A stretch of DNA of 63,947 nt, filler included, from an uncultured bacterium (GTDB taxonomy: Bacteria; Hinthialibacterota; Hinthialibacteria; Hinthialibacterales; Hinthialibacteraceae): NCBI GenBank assembly GCA_964449065.1. It is 3 parts of 3 records of this genome, joined end to end, with 100 filler letters (N's around TTAATTAATTAA, not from the genome) between each part and the next. Parts side by side here need not be neighbours in the genome. Positions count along the whole stretch, not along the records: positions 1 to 26,805 come from CAYVAZ010000022.1; 2 more parts are not named here. The stretch is one strand, 5' to 3'. Of the stretch, positions 1-10,208 are shown piece by piece. The notes beneath the pieces are model-generated. The model was not told where the DNA came from. It worked only from the letters and a program-made list of their open reading frames with translations, and did no database searches. The translations under genes were made by a program, and so were the position numbers. Numbering within the stretch: position 1 is the stretch's first letter; every line of letters starts with the position of its first letter.

Positions 1-810
1 GCCATCCAGTGTTTGGATGGAGGGGATTGGGCGGGTACCGATGATGAGGGTTTCAATATCGGGGAAGCGCTTGCGTATGAGTGGTAATAAATCTTGCACA
101 TAAAAATTGATGCTATCCACATTTGGGAAATAAAATAACGTTCCGGTAATGATCAAACGCGGTTGGTGGGGGCTGGGATGATATTTCGGTTGAAACTGTT
201 CGGTATCGACCGCGTTGCGAATAACGTGGAACTGGTATCCGGGATGATCCTGTTGGAAATATCGGGCATCGATGTAAGAACAAACCAGTGGACATTGGAT
301 TTGCGAAAGTATTTTTCGTTCATACGCGGTGATTGTTTGCTTTTCCCACCAATCGATGACGCGTTCGCTGAGTTTGCGGCGGAAGCGGATGGAGCGCTGC
401 AAGTACATCATGAGCGAATCGGTGAAATCCAGCAGAATGGGTGTATTGGTTTTGGGGATGAACTGTCCCATTCTCATGCGGTCAATGTGGATGATATCAA
501 ACTTGTGTTGTTGGATTGTCTGGTTAATGAGCCGGCCCAACTCAGGATATTTGCACCATGAAACGCGAAGGGGGATGCCCAACTGCGAGCCGGGGATGCA
601 GTTCCATATTGAGCGCCAGCGCTGGTATTGCAACCACTGCACGGATACTCCCATATCGGTTAACTCTAAAATTTGATCTTGTGTTTGTACACGGTATTTT
701 AATGAAATGAGATGGATTTCGTGTTCACCGGCCAGCGCGCGAATAAAGTTGTACACGCGGCGGCCGTCTGATTTGGTGGGAATGCAGGGTGTGATGTATA
801 AGATTTTCAT
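1..810 (-). CDS. GT4-family glycosyltransferase (runs off window edge; absent from ORF track)
   Basis: Manual translation from ATG at 810: MKILYITPCIPTKSDGRRVYNFIRALAGEHEIHLISL...IRNAVDTEQF...IITGTLFYFPNVDS; open for 270 codons to position 1; GT-B/GT4 N-terminus. Confidence 0.8.
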   Translation of the reverse strand, partial: MKILYITPCIPTKSDGRRVYNFIRALAGEHEIHLISLKYRVQTQDQILELTDMGVSVQWLQYQRWRSIWNCIPGSQLGIPLRVSWCKYPELGRLINQTIQQHKFDIIHIDRMRMGQFIPKTNTPILLDFTDSLMMYLQRSIRFRRKLSERVIDWWEKQTITAYERKILSQIQCPLVCSYIDARYFQQDHPGYQFHVIRNAVDTEQFQPKYHPSPHQPRLIITGTLFYFPNVDSINFYVQDLLPLIRKRFPDIETLIIGTRPIPSIQTLDG

Positions 811-911
811 TTAAAATACTATATCCAATTTAATTATAATCGTATTGGCAATTGCAGATTTTTCGAAAACAATTTATGTGTATAATTGTGCAAGAAAAAG
901 TGTAAAGGAGC

Positions 912-1124
912 ATGAACGTGACGGCGGTTGAGCGAATTATCAATATGATTCAAGAACTTCCTCAAGATGGGAAACGGGACGTCGCGAATTATTTGGTACG
1001 AGAATTGGAAGATCAGGAACTGAAAGAAGATATCGCGCTTGCCATACAAGAGTATCAGGAATGGCAACGGACAGGTGAAGCAAGTCCCGCGGAGGACGTC
1101 TTTCGCCGGTTAGAGGAGAAATGA
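912..1124 (+). CDS. Antitoxin of a RelE/ParE-type TA pair
   Basis: 70-aa acidic protein with AGGAG RBS; stop overlaps the start of a RelE-like frame (ATGA). Confidence 0.7.
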   Translation: MNVTAVERIINMIQELPQDGKRDVANYLVRELEDQELKEDIALAIQEYQEWQRTGEASPAEDVFRRLEEK

Positions 1125-1384
1125 AGTATACCGTTCTCATCCGTCCAAACGCAGAAAAAGAATGAAATAAACTGGAAAAATCATTCATTCCGCGTATCAA
1201 ATCGGTTGTCTATGCATTGGCTGATAATCCCCATCCAAACGAATCGATAAAATTAAAAGGGCAAGATAATCTTTACCGGATTCGTGTCGGTTCTTATCGA
1301 ATCTTTTATGCGATTGAAGATAAAGAACTCATTGTGTTGATTGTACGGGTATCGCACCGCAGAGAATCGTATCGGAATTTATAA
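1121..1384 (+). pseudogene. RelE/ParE-family toxin interrupted by in-frame TGA at codon 15
   Basis: MKYTVLIRPNAEKE*NKLEKSFIPRIKSVVYALADNPHPNESIKLKGQDNLYRIRVGSYRIFYAIEDKELIVLIVRVSHRRESYRNL; RelE-type YRIRVGxYRIxY and HRRExY motifs; TGA at 1163-1165. Confidence 0.8.
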
Positions 1385-1512
1385 AATCTTGTAAAATCCA
1401 TCGATGCTATTTTGCTGTCGTTTGCAGAAACAAAAACCAGAAGATATGATGTACAAAGAAATTAAACAAGGTGAGGTGGGCACGCGAGAGCAGCCCGCCA
1501 TTTTAATGGAAT

Positions 1513-2271
1513 ATGACGGAAACTGAAAATCAGCCGAAATTATCGATCATCATTCCCATTTACAATGAAGAAGAGTTCTTACCGGAAGTGATGCGGCGGG
1601 TGCGGGCGCTGCAATGGCAGAACAAAGAAATTCTTTTGGTGAACGATTGTTCGACCGATCATACCTATAAAATTTTGGATGGCGAAAAACTCCAACATGA
1701 TACTATTGTTTTGACCCATGCGGTGAATATGGGCAAAGGCGCCGCGATCCGCACGGGGCTCTTGGAGGCGACGGGAGACATTGTTATCGTGCAGGACGCG
1801 GATTTGGAATATAACCCGGAAGAGATTTTGCCGGTGATCGAACCGATCGTGCGCGGCGACGCATTGGTGAGCTACGGGTCGCGTTTTATGGGCAGCGTGC
1901 GCGACATGCGTATGCAAAACCGGGTGGCGAATTGGATTTTGGCGAAGACGGTATCGTGGCTGTTTTTTCAGCGGATTACCGATGAGGCGACCGCCTACAA
2001 AGCGTTTCACAAAACCGTGATTGACCGCATTCCATTGGAGTGCCACGGGTTTGAGTTTTGCCCGGAAGTGACCGCAAAGATTTTGAAGTTGGGATACCGC
2101 ATTCATGAAGTGCCGGTGAACTTTACCGCAAGAACCATCGCGGAGGGCAAAAAGATCGGATGGCCCGACTTCTTTGTGGCGATGTGGACGCTCATTAAGG
2201 TGCGGTTGTTTTGGAGCACGAAACACGCGAAGCCCGCTGTGATTCATAAAATCAAACCGCAACAAAAATAA
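1513..2271 (+). CDS. GT2 glycosyltransferase (DPM1/polyprenol-phosphate type)
   Basis: IIIPIYNE, VNDCSTD, NMGKGAA, QDADLEY motifs. Confidence 0.9.
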   Translation: MTETENQPKLSIIIPIYNEEEFLPEVMRRVRALQWQNKEILLVNDCSTDHTYKILDGEKLQHDTIVLTHAVNMGKGAAIRTGLLEATGDIVIVQDADLEYNPEEILPVIEPIVRGDALVSYGSRFMGSVRDMRMQNRVANWILAKTVSWLFFQRITDEATAYKAFHKTVIDRIPLECHGFEFCPEVTAKILKLGYRIHEVPVNFTARTIAEGKKIGWPDFFVAMWTLIKVRLFWSTKHAKPAVIHKIKPQQK

Positions 2272-2289
2272 CAGCGATAGAAGATCAAT

Positions 2290-3690
2290 ATGAAGAAGCG
2301 AATTGTGATAGCCGGTGCCGGTGTCACCGGATTGGCCGCGGCTTGGAAACTTTCCGAACAAAGCAGTCAATATGATATCACCATTGTAGAACGCGATGCC
2401 ATCCCCGGCGGATTGGCACGTACCTTTGCGTGGGAAGGATACTTACTGGATTTGGGTCCTCACCGCTTTCATACCGAGATTCCCGAAATACGCGAGTTCA
2501 TCCGTGCGTTTTGTGAAGAGAGTATGGAACACGTGGACCGCTACAGCCGCATGTATCTCAACGGGCGGTTTATACCCTATCCCATTAAACCGCTCTCAAC
2601 CTTGCAGGCGCTTGGGCTCATGAAAAGCATCCAGTTTTTCTTCTCGGCGTTGTTGGTTATGATGCAGCCGAAGGCTTCGGAAGGCTGTTCGTATGAGGAG
2701 TATGTCAGCCGCTACTATGGCAACGCGCTTTATCAAACTCTCTTTAAACCGTTCGCGGAAAAAGTGTGGGGGCTTCCAACTGCCGAACTGGCTGGAGAAA
2801 CCGCGCGTCTGCGTTTGAAGGGGGATACGATATGGCACGCGTTGCTGGATGGTTTATTTTCGCGCGAAGAAACGTATGTGAAACAGTTTTTGTATCCGCC
2901 CAAAGGGATCGGACAGATCCCGGAGCAGTTTGCCGCTGAAATTGCCGGCCGGGGAGTGAAAATTTTGTATGAGCATTCGGTTGAATCGGTACGAATGGAA
3001 GCGAACCGTGTTTCCGAAATTGAGATCAGCTATAATAAAAAATGCCAAACTCTCACATGTGATGAGTTTATTTCTACCATTCCATTGCCTGCATTGACGC
3101 GGCGGATGGAACCGAATGTTCCGCGGGATGTGATTGCCGCTTCGGAGCAGCTCAAGTACCGGGCGTTGGTGCTGCTGTATTTGATTTATGACCGCGATTA
3201 CGGCATTCGCGATACGTGGCTGTATTTCCCGGAAGAGAACATCCCGTTTTCGCGCATCAGTGTGCCGGAAAACTTCAGCCGGTTGAACAAGGTAGAGAAC
3301 CAGAGTTGTCTATGTTTGGAGTACCCTTGTGATGAGGGAGACGCGGTTTGGAACAGTAATGTCAATGAATTGGCCCAAGAGGCCAACCACGTTTTGATGA
3401 AATGCGGCTTGGTGGATACGGTTTCGAAAACGCATACGGCGGTGCATGTAAAGGACGGATACCCGATTTATCATACAGGGTATCAAACCGCTCTGCATGA
3501 GTGCATGAACTATCTGCAAGGGATAAAGAACTGCCTGACGGTTGGCAGGCAGGGGTTGTTCCGCCACAACAACACCGATCAATCCATCCAAATGGGGCTC
3601 AACATCGCGGAGCATATCATGCAGAATCGTTCAATAGATGAATGGTATGGGGGAATTGAGCGGTATAACGATTACCGTATTGTGGATTGA
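2290..3690 (+). CDS. FAD-dependent oxidoreductase (HemY/UDP-galactopyranose-mutase-like, polysaccharide-cluster type)
   Basis: GAGVTG Rossmann motif, GGLART...DLGPHRFH, C-terminal GRQGLFRHNNTDQS. Confidence 0.75.
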   Translation: MKKRIVIAGAGVTGLAAAWKLSEQSSQYDITIVERDAIPGGLARTFAWEGYLLDLGPHRFHTEIPEIREFIRAFCEESMEHVDRYSRMYLNGRFIPYPIKPLSTLQALGLMKSIQFFFSALLVMMQPKASEGCSYEEYVSRYYGNALYQTLFKPFAEKVWGLPTAELAGETARLRLKGDTIWHALLDGLFSREETYVKQFLYPPKGIGQIPEQFAAEIAGRGVKILYEHSVESVRMEANRVSEIEISYNKKCQTLTCDEFISTIPLPALTRRMEPNVPRDVIAASEQLKYRALVLLYLIYDRDYGIRDTWLYFPEENIPFSRISVPENFSRLNKVENQSCLCLEYPCDEGDAVWNSNVNELAQEANHVLMKCGLVDTVSKTHTAVHVKDGYPIYHTGYQTALHECMNYLQGIKNCLTVGRQGLFRHNNTDQSIQMGLNIAEHIMQNRSIDEWYGGIERYNDYRIVD

Positions 3691-3766
3691 GAATTTCTTG
3701 TTTGTTCTTTGTGAAAACGAATCATTGCATATAATATACAATGATTAAAAAAATGGAGGGACTCTT

Positions 3767-5248
3767 TTGCTTTCTGTGATTGAAGAATCAAGGGTAACTT
3801 TATCAAAATCTACTGATACCAGGAGAAAGTCTCAATTCGGTCAATTTTTCACTCCTGCAAAAACAGCACAATTTATGGCTAGTCTTTTTACCAATGCTTC
3901 ATTTAAGCAATGCCATTTACTGGATGCTGGTGCTGGAATTGGTTCTCTTTCTGTTGCCTTTTTAGAAAGATGGCGTTCAGGGGAGTTGGACTTTTCGAGT
4001 GTTGAACTTGACGCTTTTGAAATAGATTTAACTTTACATGCGTATTTGAAAGAGATTTTAGGAAGTTATTCAAAGAATGAAAATTTTAAGTTTTCAATTT
4101 ATGTTGATGATTTCGTTCGACTGGCAGTTGATTCACTTTCTGATAATCTTTTTTCTGAAAAACTACCTGAATATACTCACGCTATACTAAACCCACCTTA
4201 CAGAAAAATACGAAATAATTCGGACTATAACTTAGCGTTGAAACAGGTTGGATTTAAGACCGTAAATCTTTATACTGCTTTTTTATTTCTGTCACTATCT
4301 TTGTTAAAAAATCAAGGACAATTAGTTGCGATTGTACCTCGAAGTTTTTGCAATGGCACATATTACCGATCTTTTCGTAAATATATCTTGAAGCGCGCTT
4401 CTTTAAAGCATATTCATTTATTCACTGCTAGAAATAAAGCCTTTAAAGATGATGACGTGTTGCAAGAGAATGTTATCTTAATGATGGAAAAAAGCGCACA
4501 ACAACACAATGTAACTGTTACGACATCAACGGATGACGGTTTTGAGGACTTACGAGAACAGTCATATTCATTCAATCAGATCGTTTTGCCGGACCATCCA
4601 GATTTTTATATTCACATACCAACCTCAAACAAGTCAACACAATACGATCGTTCCGATTTATTTAAATATTCACTTGAAGAATTAGATATAACTGTTTCTA
4701 CAGGACCAGTGGTAGACTTTAGATTAAAGGATTATTTATGTGCAAATTATGATTTTAATACCGTTCCGTTACTCTATCCAGGACATTTTAAAGGCTATAA
4801 AATTAATTGGCCAATACACAATTTTAAAAAACCAAATGCAATAGTACGAAATTCGGAAACCAAAAAATGGCTTTTCCCAATAGGATATTATTGTGTTGTA
4901 AAGAGGTTTTCATCAAAAGAAGAAAAACGGCGAATTATTGCAAGAGTTGTGCATCCACATGATTTTCCTGGAACCGATATGATAGGATTTGAAAATCATT
5001 TAAATATATTTCACCAAAATAAAAATACTTTATCAAAATCACTTGCTTATGGTTTATTCACATATTTGAATACGACTGTAGTAGATGAGTATTTCAGACG
5101 GTATAGCGGTCATACTCAAGTTAATGCAAATGATCTGCGTTTATTGAAATATCCAAGCAAGGAAGAATTATTAAAACTGGGAAAATGGTGTATCGGATGC
5201 AAGGAAATATCACAAAAAATAATTGATCAAAAAATAGAATTGTTTTAA
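3767..5248 (+). CDS. N6-adenine DNA methyltransferase, BsuBI/PstI-like (gamma class)
   Basis: GQFFTP, LLDAGAGIG (motif I), NPPY (motif IV), SGHTQVNA; directly upstream of endonuclease; AT-rich. Confidence 0.9.
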   Translation: MLSVIEESRVTLSKSTDTRRKSQFGQFFTPAKTAQFMASLFTNASFKQCHLLDAGAGIGSLSVAFLERWRSGELDFSSVELDAFEIDLTLHAYLKEILGSYSKNENFKFSIYVDDFVRLAVDSLSDNLFSEKLPEYTHAILNPPYRKIRNNSDYNLALKQVGFKTVNLYTAFLFLSLSLLKNQGQLVAIVPRSFCNGTYYRSFRKYILKRASLKHIHLFTARNKAFKDDDVLQENVILMMEKSAQQHNVTVTTSTDDGFEDLREQSYSFNQIVLPDHPDFYIHIPTSNKSTQYDRSDLFKYSLEELDITVSTGPVVDFRLKDYLCANYDFNTVPLLYPGHFKGYKINWPIHNFKKPNAIVRNSETKKWLFPIGYYCVVKRFSSKEEKRRIIARVVHPHDFPGTDMIGFENHLNIFHQNKNTLSKSLAYGLFTYLNTTVVDEYFRRYSGHTQVNANDLRLLKYPSKEELLKLGKWCIGCKEISQKIIDQKIELF

Positions 5249-5250
5249 AC

Positions 5251-6207
5251 ATGTCTAAAAGCATTCAAAAGCGTATTAAAGAAGCAAACCAGATATTGGT
5301 AGACCTTGGACTTCCTCGTGCTCAACAAAATGAACGATCAGCATTGTGCTTGCTTGCCCTTTTAAATTTAACACCACGTAAGAAATGGTCTATGGCAGAA
5401 AATCCACTTGTTGGGATAACACCAATAATGGATTGGGTAAAGACCCATTACAAGAAAACCTACGCGCCTAATTCGAGAGAAACATTTCGCAGGTATACGA
5501 TGCATCAATTTGTTGAAGCGGGTATTGCTTTGTACAATCCTGATAAACCCGAACGAGCTGTTAATAGCCCACAAGCAGTTTATCAAATTGAACCAAAAAC
5601 TTTAGAACTGATTCGGTGTTTTGGTAGACCAGAATGGAAGAAAAAATTAGAAATACATCTAAATTCATACGATACGCTAAAGCAAAAATATGCCAAAGAA
5701 CGCCATCTAAACAAAGTACCAGTTAAAATCTCAGATGACAAAGAAATCACACTCAGTTCTGGAGAACATAGTATTTTAATTCGTGCAATAATTGAAGAAT
5801 TCGGGCCACGTTTTGCACCTGATAGTTCTTTGGTTTATGCTGGAGATACGGGTGAAAAATGGGGGTATTTTGATGATAAACTACTCCGGGAATTGGGAAT
5901 TGAAGTAGATTCACATGGTAAGATGCCGGATGTAGTTCTTTATTTCGGACTAAAGAATTGGTTAATTTTAGTGGAAGCGGTTACAAGTCATGGTCCCGTA
6001 GATGGGAAAAGGCATTATGAATTAGCAAAATTATTTGAAAGTTCTAAAGCAGGTTTAATATACTTAACAGCATTTCCCAATCGAACTTTGATGTCCCGCT
6101 ATCTTGGAGAAATTGCATGGGAAACTGAGGTGTGGGTAGCTGATTCTCCTTCCCACCTTATTCATTTTGATGGGGAAAGATTCCTAGGACCTTATGAGAA
6201 AATTTGA
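5251..6207 (+). CDS. BsuBI/PstI-family type II restriction endonuclease
   Basis: YAPNSRETFRR, HGKMPDVV...EAVTSHGP, AWETEVW...HLIHFDGERFLGPY family motifs. Confidence 0.9.
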   Translation: MSKSIQKRIKEANQILVDLGLPRAQQNERSALCLLALLNLTPRKKWSMAENPLVGITPIMDWVKTHYKKTYAPNSRETFRRYTMHQFVEAGIALYNPDKPERAVNSPQAVYQIEPKTLELIRCFGRPEWKKKLEIHLNSYDTLKQKYAKERHLNKVPVKISDDKEITLSSGEHSILIRAIIEEFGPRFAPDSSLVYAGDTGEKWGYFDDKLLRELGIEVDSHGKMPDVVLYFGLKNWLILVEAVTSHGPVDGKRHYELAKLFESSKAGLIYLTAFPNRTLMSRYLGEIAWETEVWVADSPSHLIHFDGERFLGPYEKI

Positions 6208-6222
6208 TATGTTTTATAATGT

Positions 6223-7731
6223 TTACGATTTATACGTTGGTATTTCATGCTTCAACACCGTCACCCGCAGTGTCAAAATCAAGATCTTTAAATCCAGCAG
6301 GAACGAGATGTTGTTGATGTAGGCAAGGTCGTAGCGGAGTTTGTGTTCGATGGGGGAATGGTAGAAGCCGTGGATTTGTCCCAATCCCGTGAGTCCGGGG
6401 CGGATTCGGTGCCGCAGGCGGTAGGCGGGAATTTCTTTTTCATACTGCTCGACAAAATGGGGGCGTTCGGGGCGGGGGCCGACCAGACTCATATCACCTT
6501 TCACAACATTGATCAATTGCGGTAGTTCATCCAAATGCCAGCGGCGCAGAAACTTTCCAATCTTTGTAACGCGCGGGTCATCTTCTGTGGCCAGCATGGG
6601 GCCATTGTTTGCCTCGGCATCTTGGCGCATCGTGCGGAATTTGTATACCCAAAAAATCTTTCCGTGTTTACCGACCCGTTCCTGCCGGTAAATCGCCGGG
6701 CCGGGGCTGTCCCACCGGATGCAGACGCAGATGATCAGCATAATGGGTGAAGCGAAGAGCAGCATCAGTGAAGAAACGCCGATATCGAATATGCGTTTGA
6801 CAAAGAACCCCCATTCGGTTAGCGGTTCGGAATTGAGGGTAATCAAAGGCACGCCCGCGACTTGCCCGATCTCAACCTTGCCGATGGTGACTTCATACAT
6901 TTCGGGCAGCAGGCGAACGCGTTTTCCAGTGGCCTGGCAGGCGGATATGATTTGCAACAGTTCGTTGCGGTTGGCTTGTTGGCTGGTCACAATGATTTCA
7001 TCGATTTGATAGGTTTCGATAACGCGTTCTAAATCAAGCAATTTACCTAAAACGGGGGCGTCGCCCACCGGTTCATCCACATCGTCGTCAATCAGGCCGA
7101 TGACTTTGTGCCCCAGGCGCGAATATTGCACCAAGTCCCGGTGTACACTTTCCGCTAATTTGCCGGTACCGACGATTAACATGCGTGACTCATCATACGC
7201 CCATTTTTTGCGGCGCTGCAAATACAGGACACGCCATCCGGCCGCACCGGTCCAACTCAGAAGGAAATTCAACAGCAGGATATAGCGTGAGACTTGAAAG
7301 CCATTTTGTACTGTGGCTGCCGGTCCTGATTCTGCTATTATAGGGAAAACGTCACGAAACAGGCGCTGATATTGATTTATGGTTTCTGATGACAGTTCGG
7401 AAAGGTTCTTGCTTTGTTCATGAAAGGTTTCGGTATAGAGGATCGCCATTATTTCAATGACATGCGCGGCTATGACCGCGCAACCAGTGAAGTAGATGAC
7501 ATCAAAGGCGGTGAGCCCCCGGCTGAAGTCATACATGCGGAACATATACAGCGCGGCAATACGGATGATGATAATGGGGATGATCAGTTGAAAATAGATG
7601 GCGATGTTTTCATAGCGTAGTTCCTGAAAACGGATGAAGAACGCCAGCGCCAACGCCGTGAAGATCACGGCGATATCGACGGCAACAAATTTGATGAATG
7701 GTCCTTTGGGAAAGCTGCGGTTATTCTGCAT
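6223..7731 (-). CDS. Undecaprenyl-phosphate sugar phosphotransferase (WcaJ/CpsE-like priming transferase)
   Basis: N-terminal TM helices, CoA-binding-like middle domain, KRIFD, KFRTM, LDELPQL, MSLVGPRPE, RPGLTG. Confidence 0.9.
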   Translation of the reverse strand: MQNNRSFPKGPFIKFVAVDIAVIFTALALAFFIRFQELRYENIAIYFQLIIPIIIIRIAALYMFRMYDFSRGLTAFDVIYFTGCAVIAAHVIEIMAILYTETFHEQSKNLSELSSETINQYQRLFRDVFPIIAESGPAATVQNGFQVSRYILLLNFLLSWTGAAGWRVLYLQRRKKWAYDESRMLIVGTGKLAESVHRDLVQYSRLGHKVIGLIDDDVDEPVGDAPVLGKLLDLERVIETYQIDEIIVTSQQANRNELLQIISACQATGKRVRLLPEMYEVTIGKVEIGQVAGVPLITLNSEPLTEWGFFVKRIFDIGVSSLMLLFASPIMLIICVCIRWDSPGPAIYRQERVGKHGKIFWVYKFRTMRQDAEANNGPMLATEDDPRVTKIGKFLRRWHLDELPQLINVVKGDMSLVGPRPERPHFVEQYEKEIPAYRLRHRIRPGLTGLGQIHGFYHSPIEHKLRYDLAYINNISFLLDLKILILTLRVTVLKHEIPTYKS

Positions 7732-7867
7732 AAATCATTCTGATCTGTGTTTTGAATTCAAATGATATTCTAATTGATCTTGTGGTAAATGCAGATAGCA
7801 GCAATTGGTACTTTACTCAATGTTGAAATGATTTACGATCAATAAAAACGAAAACGGAATCGAATCA

Positions 7868-8677
7868 ATGCGAATTATTTTTTTTGGCGCTCATCCCGAT
7901 GATTGCGATGTTTTCGCCGGTGGAATTGCGGCGAAATACTCGGCATTAGGGCATCACGTGAAGTTTGTTTCTCTCACCAACGGCGATGCCGGGCATCATG
8001 AACAGGGCGGTGGGATGCTGGCCAAGCGGCGCCATAAAGAATCGCTGGCATCCGCTAACGTGATTGGTGTCGAATACGAAATATTAGAGTATCACGACGG
8101 CGAACTGTATCCTACCTTGGATGTCCGCCGCGATATCATTCGGCTTATTCGCGAATGGCAGGCGGATGTTGTGTTTCTCAACCGTCCGAATGATTATCAT
8201 CCCGATCACCGTTATGCTTCGATAGCCGTTCAGGATGCGGCGTATATGGTTGCGGTTCCGAATGTTTGTCCGGAAGTTCCTGCATTGCGGCATAATCCGG
8301 TATTCATCTACTTCTGGGACCCATTTCAAAAACCGGTTCCATTCCAGCCGGATGTTGTGCTGGTGGTAGATGATGTAATGGACAAGAAGTGGCAGATGAT
8401 GCGCCGTCATGAATCGCAGTTTTTGGAATGGCTGCCCTATATTGAAAAGATGCATGAACCGGTTCCGCATGATGAGAAGGGTAAGATGGATTGGCTGCAC
8501 CGCCACTGGGGCCCCTTCCTGCAGCGCATCACAGAAAGCTGCCGCGATCAGTTGATGGAAAAATATGGGGAAGAGCAGGGAAAGAAGATAGCCTTTGCGG
8601 AATGCTTTGAATTGTGCGAATATGGTGGAACGCCTAGCGGTGAAGAGATGAAGCGATTATTTCCATTTGAATCATAA
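7868..8677 (+). CDS. PIG-L/LmbE-family deacetylase
   Basis: AHPDD and YHPDH metal-binding motifs. Confidence 0.85.
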   Translation: MRIIFFGAHPDDCDVFAGGIAAKYSALGHHVKFVSLTNGDAGHHEQGGGMLAKRRHKESLASANVIGVEYEILEYHDGELYPTLDVRRDIIRLIREWQADVVFLNRPNDYHPDHRYASIAVQDAAYMVAVPNVCPEVPALRHNPVFIYFWDPFQKPVPFQPDVVLVVDDVMDKKWQMMRRHESQFLEWLPYIEKMHEPVPHDEKGKMDWLHRHWGPFLQRITESCRDQLMEKYGEEQGKKIAFAECFELCEYGGTPSGEEMKRLFPFES

Positions 8678-8696
8678 AATTGCTGAATAATTAATA

Positions 8697-8749
8697 CCTC
8701 TCATCGTCCTCACCTCTTATCCTCTCCCAGAGGGTGAGAACGATTGAGG
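8697..8749. repeat. Intergenic inverted repeat (hairpin)
   Basis: CCTC-ATCGT-CTCACC pairs with GGTGAG-ACGAT-GAGG. Confidence 0.5.
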
Positions 8750-8808
8750 AAGTGGATGAAAGAGTTATAGAGATTATTTAGAGTAGTTGCTAAAATTATG
8801 TTCGCTTT

Positions 8809-8835
8809 GGGAGGGCGAGGCTCCCGCCGAGCCGG
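8809..8835. repeat. REP-like palindromic element
   Basis: GGGAGGGCGAGGCTCCCGCCGAGCCGG; GC-rich self-complementary unit in an AT-rich spacer. Confidence 0.45.
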
Positions 8836-8906
8836 AAGTACTGTTTGACTGAATCAGAACATATTTTTAACAATTACTATAACTCGTTGCGGATAAGGGA
8901 AAGATT

Positions 8907-10187
8907 ATGAGATCGATCACGGTTTTGTTGGTTGTATTTATTTTGAAGATTGGATACGCGCAAGAATTTGTTCCCCTGTTTAACGAAAAAAACTTAGACG
9001 GCTGGGTGAATGTCAATTGCGCCCCGGAAACCTGGACGGTGCGGGATGAAATGATTATCTGCACCGGCTTTCCGACGGGTGTGCTGCGGACGGAGAAGCA
9101 GTATCAGAATTATGTGCTGGAGCTGGAATGGAAGCATCTTCATCCCAAAGGCAACGCGGGTTTGTTTTTGCATTCATACCCCATCACGGCACTGGGGCAG
9201 CCGTTTACCCGCTCGATTGAAGTGCAGGTCATGGAGGGAAATCACGGGGATATCTTTTCGATTCATGGTGCAACCCTCACACCCATTACGCCTCATCCCG
9301 GCGGTTGGGAACGCGCGTTGCCAACTGAAAAACGCAGCAAACCCGCGGACGAATGGAACCATTACCGGGTGGAAAGCCGTGACGGCATTGTTACGCTTGC
9401 GGTGAATGGAAAAGTGGTTTCGCAGGCAGTGAACTGCAATCCCTATAAAGGGTATATCTGCTTGGAATCGGAAGGCAGCGAGGTGCATTTCCGTAATATT
9501 CGGATTAAAGAGTTGCCGGGAGTTGAACCGCCCCAAATCAATACCGCCCCGTTGGATGAAGGGTTTGTATCGCTCTACAACGGTTTGGATTTTCGCGGCT
9601 GGAAATATCCCGAAGGCCATGAAGGGCATTGGAGGGCGAAGGATTGGATCATTGATTATGACGGCAAAAGCACGGCGGACGTGAAAGATTTGTGGACGGA
9701 GAAGTCATATAAGAACTTTAAACTGATTGTGGATTGGCGGCAGACGATGAAGCCGTTTGTGGATACGGTTCCCGTGATTTTACCGGACGGCAGTTATGCC
9801 AAAGATGACGAGGGCAATCCGTTGGAAAATAAGGTAATGGATGCGGGGGATAGCGGCATCTATTTGCGCGGGACATCGAAATGCCAGATCAATATATGGA
9901 ACTGGTCATGCGGCTCGGGTGAGATTTGGGGATACCGCACCGATGGCAGTGTGCCGCCGGAAGCGCGCAGAGCGGCTGTTCCATTGGTGAAAGCCGATAA
10001 CCCGATTGGACGCTGGAACCGGTTTGTGATAACTATGATCAATGAGACATTGAACGTTGAATTAAACGGGATTCGCGTGATTCAAGACGCGCAATTGCCG
10101 GGTGTGCCGGAAGAAGGGCCGATTGGATTGCAGCATCATGGTGACCCGGTACAGTTCGCAAACGTATATATTAAAGAATTACCGTAA
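8907..10187 (+). CDS. Tandem DUF1080 (3-keto-disaccharide hydrolase-like) secreted protein
   Basis: Signal peptide; two repeats with LF/YNGxxxxGW, EWNHY/RWNRF, GYICLESEG/GPIGLQHHG, FRNIRIKEL/FANVYIKEL. Confidence 0.85.
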   Translation: MRSITVLLVVFILKIGYAQEFVPLFNEKNLDGWVNVNCAPETWTVRDEMIICTGFPTGVLRTEKQYQNYVLELEWKHLHPKGNAGLFLHSYPITALGQPFTRSIEVQVMEGNHGDIFSIHGATLTPITPHPGGWERALPTEKRSKPADEWNHYRVESRDGIVTLAVNGKVVSQAVNCNPYKGYICLESEGSEVHFRNIRIKELPGVEPPQINTAPLDEGFVSLYNGLDFRGWKYPEGHEGHWRAKDWIIDYDGKSTADVKDLWTEKSYKNFKLIVDWRQTMKPFVDTVPVILPDGSYAKDDEGNPLENKVMDAGDSGIYLRGTSKCQINIWNWSCGSGEIWGYRTDGSVPPEARRAAVPLVKADNPIGRWNRFVITMINETLNVELNGIRVIQDAQLPGVPEEGPIGLQHHGDPVQFANVYIKELP

Positions 10188-10208
10188 CGAGTTTTGTGAG
10201 GAGAACGA

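Noticed and set aside
163..676. Plus-strand ORFs 163-561 and 329-676, and the many other antisense ORFs in the track (e.g. 1579-2370, 29798-30283, 56998-57920)
   Set aside because: Shadow frames opposite well-supported genes
1163..1165. TGA recoding (genetic code 4/25 or selenocysteine)
   Set aside because: Many intact genes here end in TGA (e.g. 1124, 3690, 6207, 39110), and the RelE position is not a Cys site; a nonsense mutation or error is simpler
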